Source: Treponemataceae bacterium (lineage in GTDB: Bacteria; Spirochaetota; Spirochaetia; Treponematales; Rectinemataceae). Taken from it: a DNA stretch of 64,000 nucleotides. Positions 48,143-57,183 of the stretch are shown here, one piece after another (the first letter of the stretch is position 1; every line of letters starts with the position of its first letter). Under the pieces are notes generated by a model. It saw only the letters and a list, made by a program, of their open reading frames with translations. It ran no database searches and was not told the origin of the DNA. Both the position numbers and the translations under genes were made by a program. The stretch is taken from assembly GCA_963667725.2 (NCBI GenBank), contig CAXXHO010000003.1:704001-768000 (forward strand), written 5' to 3'.

Positions 48143-49015
48143 ATGGACTACGAATTTTCTTCCATGAAACTGAGTCTTTCCGCAAGGCTGGCCCTCGCGG
48201 CCGGGCTTTTTTCCGTTGGAGCCCTCCTCCAGGTCCTCTTCGGCTGGGGCCTCCTGCCCGGCTTGATCGCCATTGTCCTCGGCTACATTCCCCTGCGCCT
48301 CAAGCCGATAACGAACAAGCCGGCCGACCAGGGGCTCGAGGAATGGCGTCCCGTCTCGATGGCCGAGATCGACAAGCTGGCTGATACCCTGCGCGAATCG
48401 AAGGCGATCTTCGGCAAGTCCATCGGCGGCAGCGTTCTCATGGTCATACTGGCAAGCGCCGTGGCGATCGCCGCTGGTGTTTCGCTCGCCTTCAGCCCCG
48501 ATCTGTCGCTGGTTCTGGCCGACGGACTGCTTTTCGCCGTACCCGCCATGTTTTTCGGAAGGGTGAAGGCCTTCGTGCCCCATGTCCTTTCTCTGAAAAT
48601 GCCCTGCTTCCAGGCGCTCTTTGCCGAGCGGATCCCCGAGCACGTCGTCGTCACGCCCTATCTTCGCTTCGACAAGGACAAGAATGGGGGCGACGTGCCC
48701 GAGGATATCCGCCTCATGATCGAGCCCAAGCGCAAACCCGACGATTTCGTGGGCGTTCAGGTCCAGGCGGCCATCAACAAGGGGCCGAGCGCCGAGGTGC
48801 CTTATCTCTACGCCGTTATTCTCACGAAAGGGAAGGGCGCCAGCTACCGCAGGTTCGAGGATCTGCGCGCGAGCGGCTACGAAAAAGAAGCCGGCGGCGA
48901 CGAAGCCTACGGCAGCATCGTCGTGAGGCAGGAGACTTCGGGGACGGGCTACGCCACGAAACCTTCCGACTGCGTGAGGCTGTTCAACCTGATCTGCGGA
49001 ATCCTGAAGGCTTAA
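48143..49015 (+). CDS. Hypothetical membrane protein (about 4 TMs plus soluble C-terminal domain)
   Basis: Two hydrophobic hairpins; starts 4 nt after the rSAM stop, so it is likely the last gene of the operon. Confidence 0.72.
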   Translation: MDYEFSSMKLSLSARLALAAGLFSVGALLQVLFGWGLLPGLIAIVLGYIPLRLKPITNKPADQGLEEWRPVSMAEIDKLADTLRESKAIFGKSIGGSVLMVILASAVAIAAGVSLAFSPDLSLVLADGLLFAVPAMFFGRVKAFVPHVLSLKMPCFQALFAERIPEHVVVTPYLRFDKDKNGGDVPEDIRLMIEPKRKPDDFVGVQVQAAINKGPSAEVPYLYAVILTKGKGASYRRFEDLRASGYEKEAGGDEAYGSIVVRQETSGTGYATKPSDCVRLFNLICGILKA

Positions 49016-49047
49016 GCGCCGGCCCGCGCTATCGCCGCCTCGTTATA

Positions 49048-50457
49048 TTACTTGTTCCCCGTAGCGTCGCCGCCGGCCATCCGGAGCAGCCAGGAGGCTT
49101 GCGGGACCAGCCCGCCCAGCCTTTCTTTTCTGATCTGCAGGAACCAGGGCTTGCCGTGCCGGATTTTTCCTCCGGTACAGCCTTCCGCGTCGAAAAATCT
49201 ATAATCCTCCGCTTCGAGCCTGATGGCCTTCCCCTCGGGGGGGATGACCTCGATGACTTCGCCGGCCGGGATGCTGTTCTTCAGTTCGGCATAAACAGGA
49301 CTTGTCCAGGCTTCGTCCTCAAATCGGGAATTCAGCGAAGTCCTCTCCGCGTCGGCGTCGAGGCTCTGGGCGGCTCCATCCTCGATGGCCGGCATATTCT
49401 CGAGGCTTCCCGCGAAAAGGTGAGTCTGCCGGTAGGACGTGACGGCAGACAGGTCCATCCCCTCGCGGCCGTAGAAAAAGCCGGTGTCGTACTCCCTGTG
49501 GCTGACGGCGAAGAGATCCTCGCGGAAAAGATTCTCTTCCCCCGGATGATCGAGGGCGTATCGGTAGGCGCGGGTGATAAGGGCGACATAGTAGATGCTT
49601 TTCATCCTGCCTTCCAGCTTGAGGCTGTCGACGCCAGCCTCCTTCAGGTCCTGAAGGTGGTCGATCATGCACAGGTCGCGGGAGGACATGAGGAGGGTGT
49701 AGCCGCCGTGGCTCGTCTCGCCCGTCTCGACGGGCAGCAGCTGGCCGTGGCGTTTTTCCTCTTCGATATAGACTTTATAGTGCCAGCGGCAGGAATGCGT
49801 GCAGTCGCCCTTGTTGGCCGATCTTCCCGCCAGCCAAGAGGAGATGAAACATCTGCCCGAATAGGCCATGCACATGGCGCCGTGCACGAAGGCTTCCACC
49901 TCCAGCCCCGGCACATGGTCCTTGATGGCCTTGATGACGTCGAGGGAAAGTTCGCGCGCCGGAACGATGCGGCTGAAGCCCATGTCCCGATAGAGCTTCG
50001 CCGCCCGCCAGTTGGTGCAGTTCGCCTGCGTGCTGAGGTGGAATTCCCTGTCGGGAAAGGCTTTTCTCAGCATTTCGTAGGCGCCGAGGTCGCTCACGAG
50101 AAATCCGTCGAAGGGGTACTCCGCGATTCTCGGCAGCGCTTTTTCGAGGGCGTCCAGGTCGTCGTTGTGGAAGAAAATGTTGGCGGCGCAGTAGAGTTTC
50201 TTGCCTGGCGACGGCCGCGCCGGCGCTGGGCCCGGCCGCCCCGGCGGGACGCCGGGCCGCTCCGGCAGCCCGCCGGGCCGACTAAAAGTCTCCTTAATCG
50301 CGCGGATTCTGTCCGGAGCCATGCCATCCTCATCGTCGATGTTTTCGGCCTGGGCGCGGAGGCTGAAGAAGGGGAGACCGATGTAGGCGGCGTCAGCGCC
50401 ATACCGGTAGGCGTAGATCAGTTTTTCGATGCTGCCAGCGGGGGAAAGAAGTTCCAT
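49048..50457 (-). CDS. Peptidase U32 family protein (TrhP/RlhA-like Fe-S protein)
   Basis: ELLSPAG, GADA.Y.G, HLSTQAN, HGAMCMAYSGRC, NKGDCTHSCR and K.EGRMK motifs. Confidence 0.9.
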   Translation of the reverse strand: MELLSPAGSIEKLIYAYRYGADAAYIGLPFFSLRAQAENIDDEDGMAPDRIRAIKETFSRPGGLPERPGVPPGRPGPAPARPSPGKKLYCAANIFFHNDDLDALEKALPRIAEYPFDGFLVSDLGAYEMLRKAFPDREFHLSTQANCTNWRAAKLYRDMGFSRIVPARELSLDVIKAIKDHVPGLEVEAFVHGAMCMAYSGRCFISSWLAGRSANKGDCTHSCRWHYKVYIEEEKRHGQLLPVETGETSHGGYTLLMSSRDLCMIDHLQDLKEAGVDSLKLEGRMKSIYYVALITRAYRYALDHPGEENLFREDLFAVSHREYDTGFFYGREGMDLSAVTSYRQTHLFAGSLENMPAIEDGAAQSLDADAERTSLNSRFEDEAWTSPVYAELKNSIPAGEVIEVIPPEGKAIRLEAEDYRFFDAEGCTGGKIRHGKPWFLQIRKERLGGLVPQASWLLRMAGGDATGNK

Positions 50458-50546
50458 GCATGGATTATCCCCGCGGCGCTTCTTTCTGTCCATCACCGCG
50501 TGATAGATTGGAGAGACACGGAAACGCGAGGGTAGGGAGGTCTGGA

Positions 50547-51065
50547 ATGGAATACAAGGTAGTCGCGCCGAAGGAAGCCTATACGCTTCAGAATGCCGGG
50601 GGGCTTGTCTTCATCTGCACGAAAGGCCGGGATGGCCGATACGATCTCGCGCCTGTAGCCTGGTGCTGTCCCCTGGACTACGATCCGGTTTCGCGGTTTA
50701 TCTGCGTTCTCGATATAAGCCACAGAACCTTCAAGGACCTGGAGGTTTCGAAAGAATTCGCCATCGCCCTGCCGGCCGCCGATCAGAAAGACCTGGTGAA
50801 CCGATGCGGATCGATCTCGGGAAACGATGTCGACAAGTATGAAGCATTGTACATAGAAGCTTTTCGCGGCAAATGCGTCGACGTGAAAATTCCGGCCGGA
50901 GTCGTAGGATGGATGGAATGTTCCCTTTCCGGCCTGGTCCTGGAGGGCACTTCGGCGATCGTCATGGGCGATACCCTCCACGCCGAGGCTGTCGAAGGAG
51001 CCTGGAAGGAAAGGATTCATTTTGTGAGCGATGGTCTATTTTTCCGCCCCGGCGCTCTCTCCTAG
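50547..51065 (+). CDS. Flavin reductase-like (DIM6/NTAB) protein
   Basis: APVAW, H.T, CGSISG..VDK and MEC motifs; GGGAGG RBS before ATG 50547. Confidence 0.8.
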   Translation: MEYKVVAPKEAYTLQNAGGLVFICTKGRDGRYDLAPVAWCCPLDYDPVSRFICVLDISHRTFKDLEVSKEFAIALPAADQKDLVNRCGSISGNDVDKYEALYIEAFRGKCVDVKIPAGVVGWMECSLSGLVLEGTSAIVMGDTLHAEAVEGAWKERIHFVSDGLFFRPGALS

Positions 51066-51213
51066 GCCTATCAGGAGGCTTCGCGCGGCCCCCCGACTTG
51101 ACTCCTGCGGCGCCTAGCGGCATTATTGCGGTATACGCTTGGACGCGAAGTCGCCGAGACGTGAGGTGAACCTTGAACATTAACGCGCGGCCCCCTCTGC
51201 AAGGGATGGCCCG

Positions 51214-53016
51214 ATGCCGCTGATAAAGCTCGATTCCGTCAGTTACACATATCCCGATTCCCGAACCCAGGCATTGAAGGATGTCTCTCTTACCATCGAC
51301 AAGGGTGAGTATGTCGCCGTCGTCGGCAACAATGGTTCGGGCAAGAGCACGCTCGTGCGCCTCTTTAACGGACTGCGGAGCTCCGATTCGGGCGCCGTGC
51401 TCGTGAAAGGCCTCGATCCCGCGCTCCGCGGCTCCTTGTTCGCGGTGCGTTCCGCCGTCGCTCTCGTCTTCCAATCCCCCGTGGATCAGATCGTATCGAG
51501 CTGCGTCGAGGAAGATGTGGCCTTCGGTCCCTCCAACCTTGGACTTCCCAACGAGGAAATCGAAAGGCGAGTCTCAGCGGCCCTCGACAAGGTGGGCATG
51601 ACCGAGCTGCGCGGGCGGCCTACGCGCTCGCTCTCGGGCGGCCAGCAGCAGAAGCTCGCAATCGCTGGGGCTCTAGCGATGAATCCCGAATGCCTTGTTT
51701 TCGACGAGGCTACCTCCATGCTTGATCCCAGAACCAAGCTGGCCGTCCTCGAGCTCATGGAAGAGCTCGTCACCCAGGGAATGACCGTCGTTCACGTGAC
51801 GCACGACATGAATGACGCTGCCCGCGCCGGAAGAATCATCGCCCTCGAGGCGGGGCGGATCGCTTACGACGGAAGTCCTGCCCGGTTTTTTCTGAACCTT
51901 CCGGATTTGGCGGACGACGATCCGCCGGCGGCCCCCGCCGGAGGCGGAATCGCCGCCCTTGCCATGGGCTTCGATCTGCCAAAAACCATAGCCGCGGCCG
52001 GATTGTTCGGCTTGCGGCCTTCCCTCGACGATGACATCGAGACGCTGGCCGGGCGGATCGCGTCGGCGCGAGATCCATGCCCCGAAATGGCGCCTTCGCC
52101 GGCCTCGGAGGCCCGAAATGAAGCAGCCTCCGAGCCCGTGTTTTCCTTCAGGGACGTATCCTTTTCCTACCTGCGCGGAACGGCCGGAGAAGTGAGGGCA
52201 TTGGAAAATGTTTCCTTCGCCGTCCGGAAAGGCTGGCGCGTCGCGTTGGTGGGCAAGACAGGTTCAGGCAAGTCCTCCGCGCTCCAGCTTTTCAATTCAT
52301 TGATCCAGCCCTCCCAGGGCTCCGTCATCAGCTTCGGGCAGGATACGAAATCCGCCTCGCTCGACGCGCGCAAACTGAGAATCACCGCTCCGCTTTCGAT
52401 CCAGCGTCCCGAATCGGCGCTTTTCGAAATCTACGCGGCCGACGACGTCGCCTTCGGCCCCCGGAATCTGGGAATTTCCGGGGCGCCCCTCGTCGATAGG
52501 GTGCGAAAGTGGATGGATTCGGCGGGCATTCCTTATGACACGTTCCGCGACCGGATGACGCGCGGCCTTTCGGGGGGCGAAAAACGAAAGCTCGCCCTCG
52601 CTGGCGTCTTTGCCCTTGAATCCGAGGCTGTGCTTCTCGACGAACCCACCGCGGCCCTGGATCCCTCCTCGCAGAAGGCGGTTTTCGGCCTCCTTGAGCG
52701 GGTTTCCCTGCAGGGGAGGACGGTGGTTTTCGCCACGCATTCCATGGAGGAAGCGGCGCAGGCCGATATGGTCGCCGTTTTCCGCGACGGGCGGCTCGCC
52801 GATTTCGGTTCGCCGCGAGAAATCTTCTACGATCGCTACGACTCGGGCTGGGGCATAGCGCTACCCTATGCCGTCGGGCTCGCGAAGCGGCTGAAAGACC
52901 TCGGCGTCCGTATCGACGGGAATCCATTGACCCTGGAAGCCCTGCACGAGACCTTGGGTTTCTCGTCGGCACCGGGGCAGGCTGGCGCCACGCCCGAGAG
53001 CGGAGGCCCGTCATGA
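51214..53016 (+). CDS. ECF transporter fused ATPases (EcfA-EcfA')
   Basis: Two Walker A motifs (GNNGSGKS, GKTGSGKS); VEEDVAFG, LSGGQQQK, DEATSMLDP and DEPTAALDP. Confidence 0.92.
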   Translation: MPLIKLDSVSYTYPDSRTQALKDVSLTIDKGEYVAVVGNNGSGKSTLVRLFNGLRSSDSGAVLVKGLDPALRGSLFAVRSAVALVFQSPVDQIVSSCVEEDVAFGPSNLGLPNEEIERRVSAALDKVGMTELRGRPTRSLSGGQQQKLAIAGALAMNPECLVFDEATSMLDPRTKLAVLELMEELVTQGMTVVHVTHDMNDAARAGRIIALEAGRIAYDGSPARFFLNLPDLADDDPPAAPAGGGIAALAMGFDLPKTIAAAGLFGLRPSLDDDIETLAGRIASARDPCPEMAPSPASEARNEAASEPVFSFRDVSFSYLRGTAGEVRALENVSFAVRKGWRVALVGKTGSGKSSALQLFNSLIQPSQGSVISFGQDTKSASLDARKLRITAPLSIQRPESALFEIYAADDVAFGPRNLGISGAPLVDRVRKWMDSAGIPYDTFRDRMTRGLSGGEKRKLALAGVFALESEAVLLDEPTAALDPSSQKAVFGLLERVSLQGRTVVFATHSMEEAAQADMVAVFRDGRLADFGSPREIFYDRYDSGWGIALPYAVGLAKRLKDLGVRIDGNPLTLEALHETLGFSSAPGQAGATPESGGPS

Positions 53017-53867
53017 AAAATCTGGAATTTTTCAAAAATATCGGCATAGGCCAATATATCGACTCGGGTTCGTGGTTTCACGGTCTGCGCCCCTCGACGA
53101 AGTACGTATTCCTGCTGGCCCTCTCCGCGGTCGCGATAGCCGCGCCGACGCCGCTCGCGGTGGCCTTGGTAATATTTTTATCGCTCGGCCTCGCCGCGGC
53201 CTCAAGAATACACGTCATGTTCCTGCTTCGGACGCTGAAGCCCATCTTCCCCGTGCTGATCCTGACGGCGGTCCTTCAATTTCTCTTCAGCTGGCCCGGC
53301 GACCTTTCCGTCTCCCTGCTCTCCATCGGGCCTCTTTCCTTCACGATGCACGAATTATGGATCGTGTCCCTCATCCTGCTGCGATCTTCGGGCATGATGA
53401 TCATCGTTGGATGGTTCACCTCGGTCACGACCGAATCTGACGCGGCGCGGGGCATCGAGGACATCCTGCGCCCCTTGAGCGGCAAGGTATCCTTCGTTCA
53501 TCGCCTGTCCCTCGCCGCCGCCACGGCCATCCGCTTCGTGCCGATCGTGGCCGGCGAGCTGGAGGAAATCGTGAAAGCCCAGGCGTCCAGGGGCGCCGAT
53601 TTCGGTTCCGGCAGAAAGAACATCATCGCGAAGGCGAAGGCCTACGCGCCGCTCTTCGTGCCGGTGACGATCCGGGCGCTGGAGCGGGCCGAACTTCTGG
53701 CCGAGGCCATGGAGGCGCGCTGCTATACGGGGGAGGGCAGAACCCCTCCTCCCCGCCGTCCAGCCCTTCGGGGCGACGCGCTTTCCGCGGTTTTCGTCGT
53801 CGTTTTTTCGATCATTGTCCTGATTGCGGACAATATCTATATAAAAGCCTGGATTCGACCTTTCTAG
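53013..53867 (+). CDS. ecfT: ECF transporter T component
   Basis: RFVP, AQASRG and LAEAMEARCY motifs. Confidence 0.92.
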   Translation: MKNLEFFKNIGIGQYIDSGSWFHGLRPSTKYVFLLALSAVAIAAPTPLAVALVIFLSLGLAAASRIHVMFLLRTLKPIFPVLILTAVLQFLFSWPGDLSVSLLSIGPLSFTMHELWIVSLILLRSSGMMIIVGWFTSVTTESDAARGIEDILRPLSGKVSFVHRLSLAAATAIRFVPIVAGELEEIVKAQASRGADFGSGRKNIIAKAKAYAPLFVPVTIRALERAELLAEAMEARCYTGEGRTPPPRRPALRGDALSAVFVVVFSIIVLIADNIYIKAWIRPF

Positions 53868-53892
53868 GCGGCTACCAGGCAGGGAGGACGAT

Positions 53893-54495
53893 ATGTCTGA
53901 ATCCAAACGCGAAACCAAGGGATCTTCTTCCTTGATTCGCACGACCATCGTGACGGGAGCCTTGAGCGCCGTCTCCATAGCGCTTTTTCTCACGCCTTTC
54001 GGCTACATTCCATGGGTGGCGGGGGCTTCGCTGACGGTCATGCATGTTCCGGCCATTCTGGGCGCCGTGCTGGAGGGACCTGTGGCGGGGGCTATCATAG
54101 GCGGCATTTTCGGCGTCACGAGCCTCATAAAGGCGGCCACGGCTCCCCAGGGTCCGATCGACGTCTTTTTCACGAATCCCCTCGTTTCCGTGCTGCCGCG
54201 CATCCTCGTCGGGCTTTTGGCCTGGGTGGCTTTCAAGGCCATTGGCAGGAAGAAAGTGGTGCTGGGCGCCGCGGCGGCGGCCATCGTCGGCTCGCTCACC
54301 AATTCGCTCTTCGTCCTGGGCTCCCTTGTCCTGCTCGGCGCGCTGCCGCTCGCCGCGGCGGCTTCGGTGTTCGTCGCCAACAGCTTTGTCGAGGCGGCCC
54401 TGGCCGCCGTGCTGACAGTCGCCGTAGTCGCGGCCTGGCGGGGCATCGGTTCCAAGAGCGGCAAGGCTCGTCTCGCGGACGAGGAGAAAAAATAG
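53893..54495 (+). CDS. ECF S component, probably pantothenate-specific (PanT-like)
   Basis: TPFGYIP, MHVPAILGA.LEGP, F.NPLVSVLPR and GSLTN motifs; next to coaX. Confidence 0.82.
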   Translation: MSESKRETKGSSSLIRTTIVTGALSAVSIALFLTPFGYIPWVAGASLTVMHVPAILGAVLEGPVAGAIIGGIFGVTSLIKAATAPQGPIDVFFTNPLVSVLPRILVGLLAWVAFKAIGRKKVVLGAAAAAIVGSLTNSLFVLGSLVLLGALPLAAAASVFVANSFVEAALAAVLTVAVVAAWRGIGSKSGKARLADEEKK

Positions 54496-54517
54496 CCTGA
54501 CCTGAACGGAGGACAGA

Positions 54518-55357
54518 ATGCTGGTAGCGATCGATATCCGAAACAAGGTCATATCCGTGGGTTTTCATGAAGACGGAACCTGGAGGGCGATCCGCAGGAT
54601 CGGAGCGCTCTATCAGAGAACCTCCGACGAATATTCCATGCTCTTCCGGCATTTCCTGCAGGAGATGCCGGAAGCCGGCGGGGCGTCTTTCAGCAAGGCA
54701 GCCCACGCTGCCACCTTCAGCGCGACAGCCCCCGCCGTCAAGGCGGACTCGGTCTGGATCTCCAGCGTCGTGCCTTCGCTCACACCCCTGCTGACCGCTT
54801 CGGCCAAAGAAGTTTTCGGCTGCGAGGTTCATGTCGTCGGTCCGGGCGTCAAGACCGGCATCAAGATCCGGACCGACCTGCCTTCTGAGTTGGGCAGCGA
54901 TCTTGTCTGCGCCGCGGCCGCCGGCCGCGACCTGACGGATTCGGCTTTCATCGTCGTCGATTTCGGCGTGGCGATCACCTTTTCCGCCGTGAATCAGGCT
55001 GGCGAATTCCTCGGCGTCGCGATCGTTCCCGGACCTGAGACCTGCGCCGAAACCTTAAGGCTTCAGGCGGTCCAGATTCCCGAGGTGAAGCTGGAATTTC
55101 CATCGCGCTCGATAGGCCGTTCGACGGGCGAATCCGTGCGTTCAGGCATCCTGCTGGGATACGAAGGTCTCATACTCCATATGCTTGAAACGATGGCGGA
55201 AGAAATGCGGGCGCTTGGCGCCGGCGCCGTCGTGGTATATGGAACGGGCGACGAGATCGGGCGCGAATTCCTGAAGAGATCAGGCAGAGGCAGCTTCGTC
55301 CCCAACCTCGTGCTGGAGGGACTCGCTTCCATCGCGAAAAAGTCGCTCCCTGCCTGA
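54518..55357 (+). CDS. coaX: Type III pantothenate kinase (divergent motifs)
   Basis: T.DEY, ISSVVP, G.KTGIKI..D.P.ELG.D, IVVDFG and LVLEGL motifs. Confidence 0.8.
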   Translation: MLVAIDIRNKVISVGFHEDGTWRAIRRIGALYQRTSDEYSMLFRHFLQEMPEAGGASFSKAAHAATFSATAPAVKADSVWISSVVPSLTPLLTASAKEVFGCEVHVVGPGVKTGIKIRTDLPSELGSDLVCAAAAGRDLTDSAFIVVDFGVAITFSAVNQAGEFLGVAIVPGPETCAETLRLQAVQIPEVKLEFPSRSIGRSTGESVRSGILLGYEGLILHMLETMAEEMRALGAGAVVVYGTGDEIGREFLKRSGRGSFVPNLVLEGLASIAKKSLPA

Positions 55358-55387
55358 TTCGGCATACCGGCCCGCCTGGCCCGTCGC

Positions 55388-56896
55388 CTAGCCCGCCTGC
55401 CCAGCCCCGCCGAACTTGTATTTTTCGAGAAAGACTTTCGCGGATTTGGCGTTGGCGATGGAGCAGGGGCCGTTGACGCAGCCTCCATCGCAGGCCATCA
55501 CCTCGAGAAGCGCGGCTTTTCCCTCCGGCCGCGGCTTCATTGTCTTTATGGAGGCCAAGTTTTCTTTCGTGAGGCCAGAAACCACCACAGCCTCGACATC
55601 GGGTACAAAGGAGCCTTCTTCCGCCAGTTTCGCCAGTTCCCTAGTAACCGCGGCCGCCACTCCGCCCGACGCCCCAAAACCCCTTCCCATGGGCGAAGCG
55701 CCGGAGAGCGCAATTTCCTTTTCCTCGTTGACCTGGATCGAAGCCGCGATCAGCATGGTTCCCACTTCCTCGGAAGTAAGGACCGCGTCGATCGCGTTTA
55801 TGCCGATCCCGTTCGCGGCGATCGCGCCCGCGTCGATCGCGCCCGCCGCTTCGCGGGCTTCCCACTTCTTGGCGACGCAGGGACCGATAAAGACCGTAAA
55901 AGTCTCGGGTTTTCGCTTTTTCGCGAGCATACCGGCCACGATCATCGGGCTTGGCGTATCGGATACATGCCGAGCCATCGACGGGATGCTTCGCGCTGCC
56001 CTTGTCCATGACGGGCAGCATGAAGTGGCGAGAAAGCCGTCTCCTTTGGAGAATCGCTCCGCCAACTCTTTCGCTTCCTCCACGGCCACAAGATCGGCCG
56101 CCTCGGCCGCTTCCATCACTTCGGTAAAACCGAGGCGGAGCAGGGATGCCGCGAACTGCCCCGCGGAGAAGGGGAACTGCGCCATGGCCGCGGGGGCCAC
56201 GATGGCGGTCACGCGCTTTTTCGCGCGGATCGTAGCCATGACACGCACGAGCTCCGATTTCTCCACGGGAGCGCCGAAAGGACAGGCATTAACGCATCTT
56301 CCGCAGAGAATGCATTTTTCTTCATCGATGGCGGCCGTGCCGTCATCGCCTTTCCTGATCGCCCCTACAGGGCAGGTTTCCTCGCAGGGGACGGGCACCT
56401 TTATGATGGCGTGGAAAGGACAGGCTTTTTCGCAGAGCCCGCAGTTTATGCAGCGTTCTGGATCGATATGGGACCGATCGTCCTTGATGCTGACGGCGTT
56501 TCTGGGGCAGCCAGTCTTACACGGGCGGGCAAAACAGCCCTGGCAGGCGTCGGTGACGAGATAGCGCGTCTTGGCGCAGGAATTGCAGGCCTCGGATATC
56601 ATCGTCAGCGGGAAAGTATCCTGGCGCCCCGCTTTCATCGCCTCGGCGGCATACTCCCTCAGGGGCCGCTCCACGTCGGACATTTTCTCCGCCGCAAAGC
56701 CCAGCATGCCTAAAAGCCTGAGGCGAATCAGCGCCCTGTCGTGATGGATACAGCAGCGTATGATTTCCCAGCCATCCCTGGTGGTCTCGAAGGGAATGCC
56801 GTCTATGTCGGCTTCCAGCCTGTTTTCCAGCATGAGCCGTGCGATTCTGAACAGCAGCTCGCGCCTAAGCTTGACGGCGTTATTTTCCTTGGCCAT
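55388..56896 (-). CDS. Monomeric [FeFe]-hydrogenase (group B-like) with multiple ferredoxin motifs
   Basis: H-cluster motifs TSCCPSW, GPCVAKK.E and EVMACDGGCVNGP; several CxxCxxCxxxCP ferredoxin motifs. Confidence 0.9.
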   Translation of the reverse strand: MAKENNAVKLRRELLFRIARLMLENRLEADIDGIPFETTRDGWEIIRCCIHHDRALIRLRLLGMLGFAAEKMSDVERPLREYAAEAMKAGRQDTFPLTMISEACNSCAKTRYLVTDACQGCFARPCKTGCPRNAVSIKDDRSHIDPERCINCGLCEKACPFHAIIKVPVPCEETCPVGAIRKGDDGTAAIDEEKCILCGRCVNACPFGAPVEKSELVRVMATIRAKKRVTAIVAPAAMAQFPFSAGQFAASLLRLGFTEVMEAAEAADLVAVEEAKELAERFSKGDGFLATSCCPSWTRAARSIPSMARHVSDTPSPMIVAGMLAKKRKPETFTVFIGPCVAKKWEAREAAGAIDAGAIAANGIGINAIDAVLTSEEVGTMLIAASIQVNEEKEIALSGASPMGRGFGASGGVAAAVTRELAKLAEEGSFVPDVEAVVVSGLTKENLASIKTMKPRPEGKAALLEVMACDGGCVNGPCSIANAKSAKVFLEKYKFGGAGQAG

Positions 56897-57155
56897 TTTC
56901 TTTTCCCGCCAGCGCTTCCTGAATAGATGCCTCAAGCGCCGCTATCGTAGCTTTCTCGACGACCTTGCCGTTGACCGTGGCGAAAGGCGCCTTGTTTTCC
57001 TTGCCGCATTTGCAGAGACCAAGGCATGGCGCGCCGTCCCATTCCACCTTTTCGCCAAAGGCGGCTTTCAGCTCCTCGAGCTGGCTCAGGATTTCGGCTC
57101 CTCCGAGGACATAACAGGCTGTGCCTACGCAGATCGTCACTTTCGCTTTTCGCAT
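56880..57155 (-). CDS. Thioredoxin-like [2Fe-2S] ferredoxin (NuoE-like small protein)
   Basis: ICVGTACYVLG and CLGLC motifs. Confidence 0.82.
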   Translation of the reverse strand: MRKAKVTICVGTACYVLGGAEILSQLEELKAAFGEKVEWDGAPCLGLCKCGKENKAPFATVNGKVVEKATIAALEASIQEALAGKENGQGK

Positions 57156-57183
57156 GATGCAACTCCGCTTCTGGTCAGATTAG

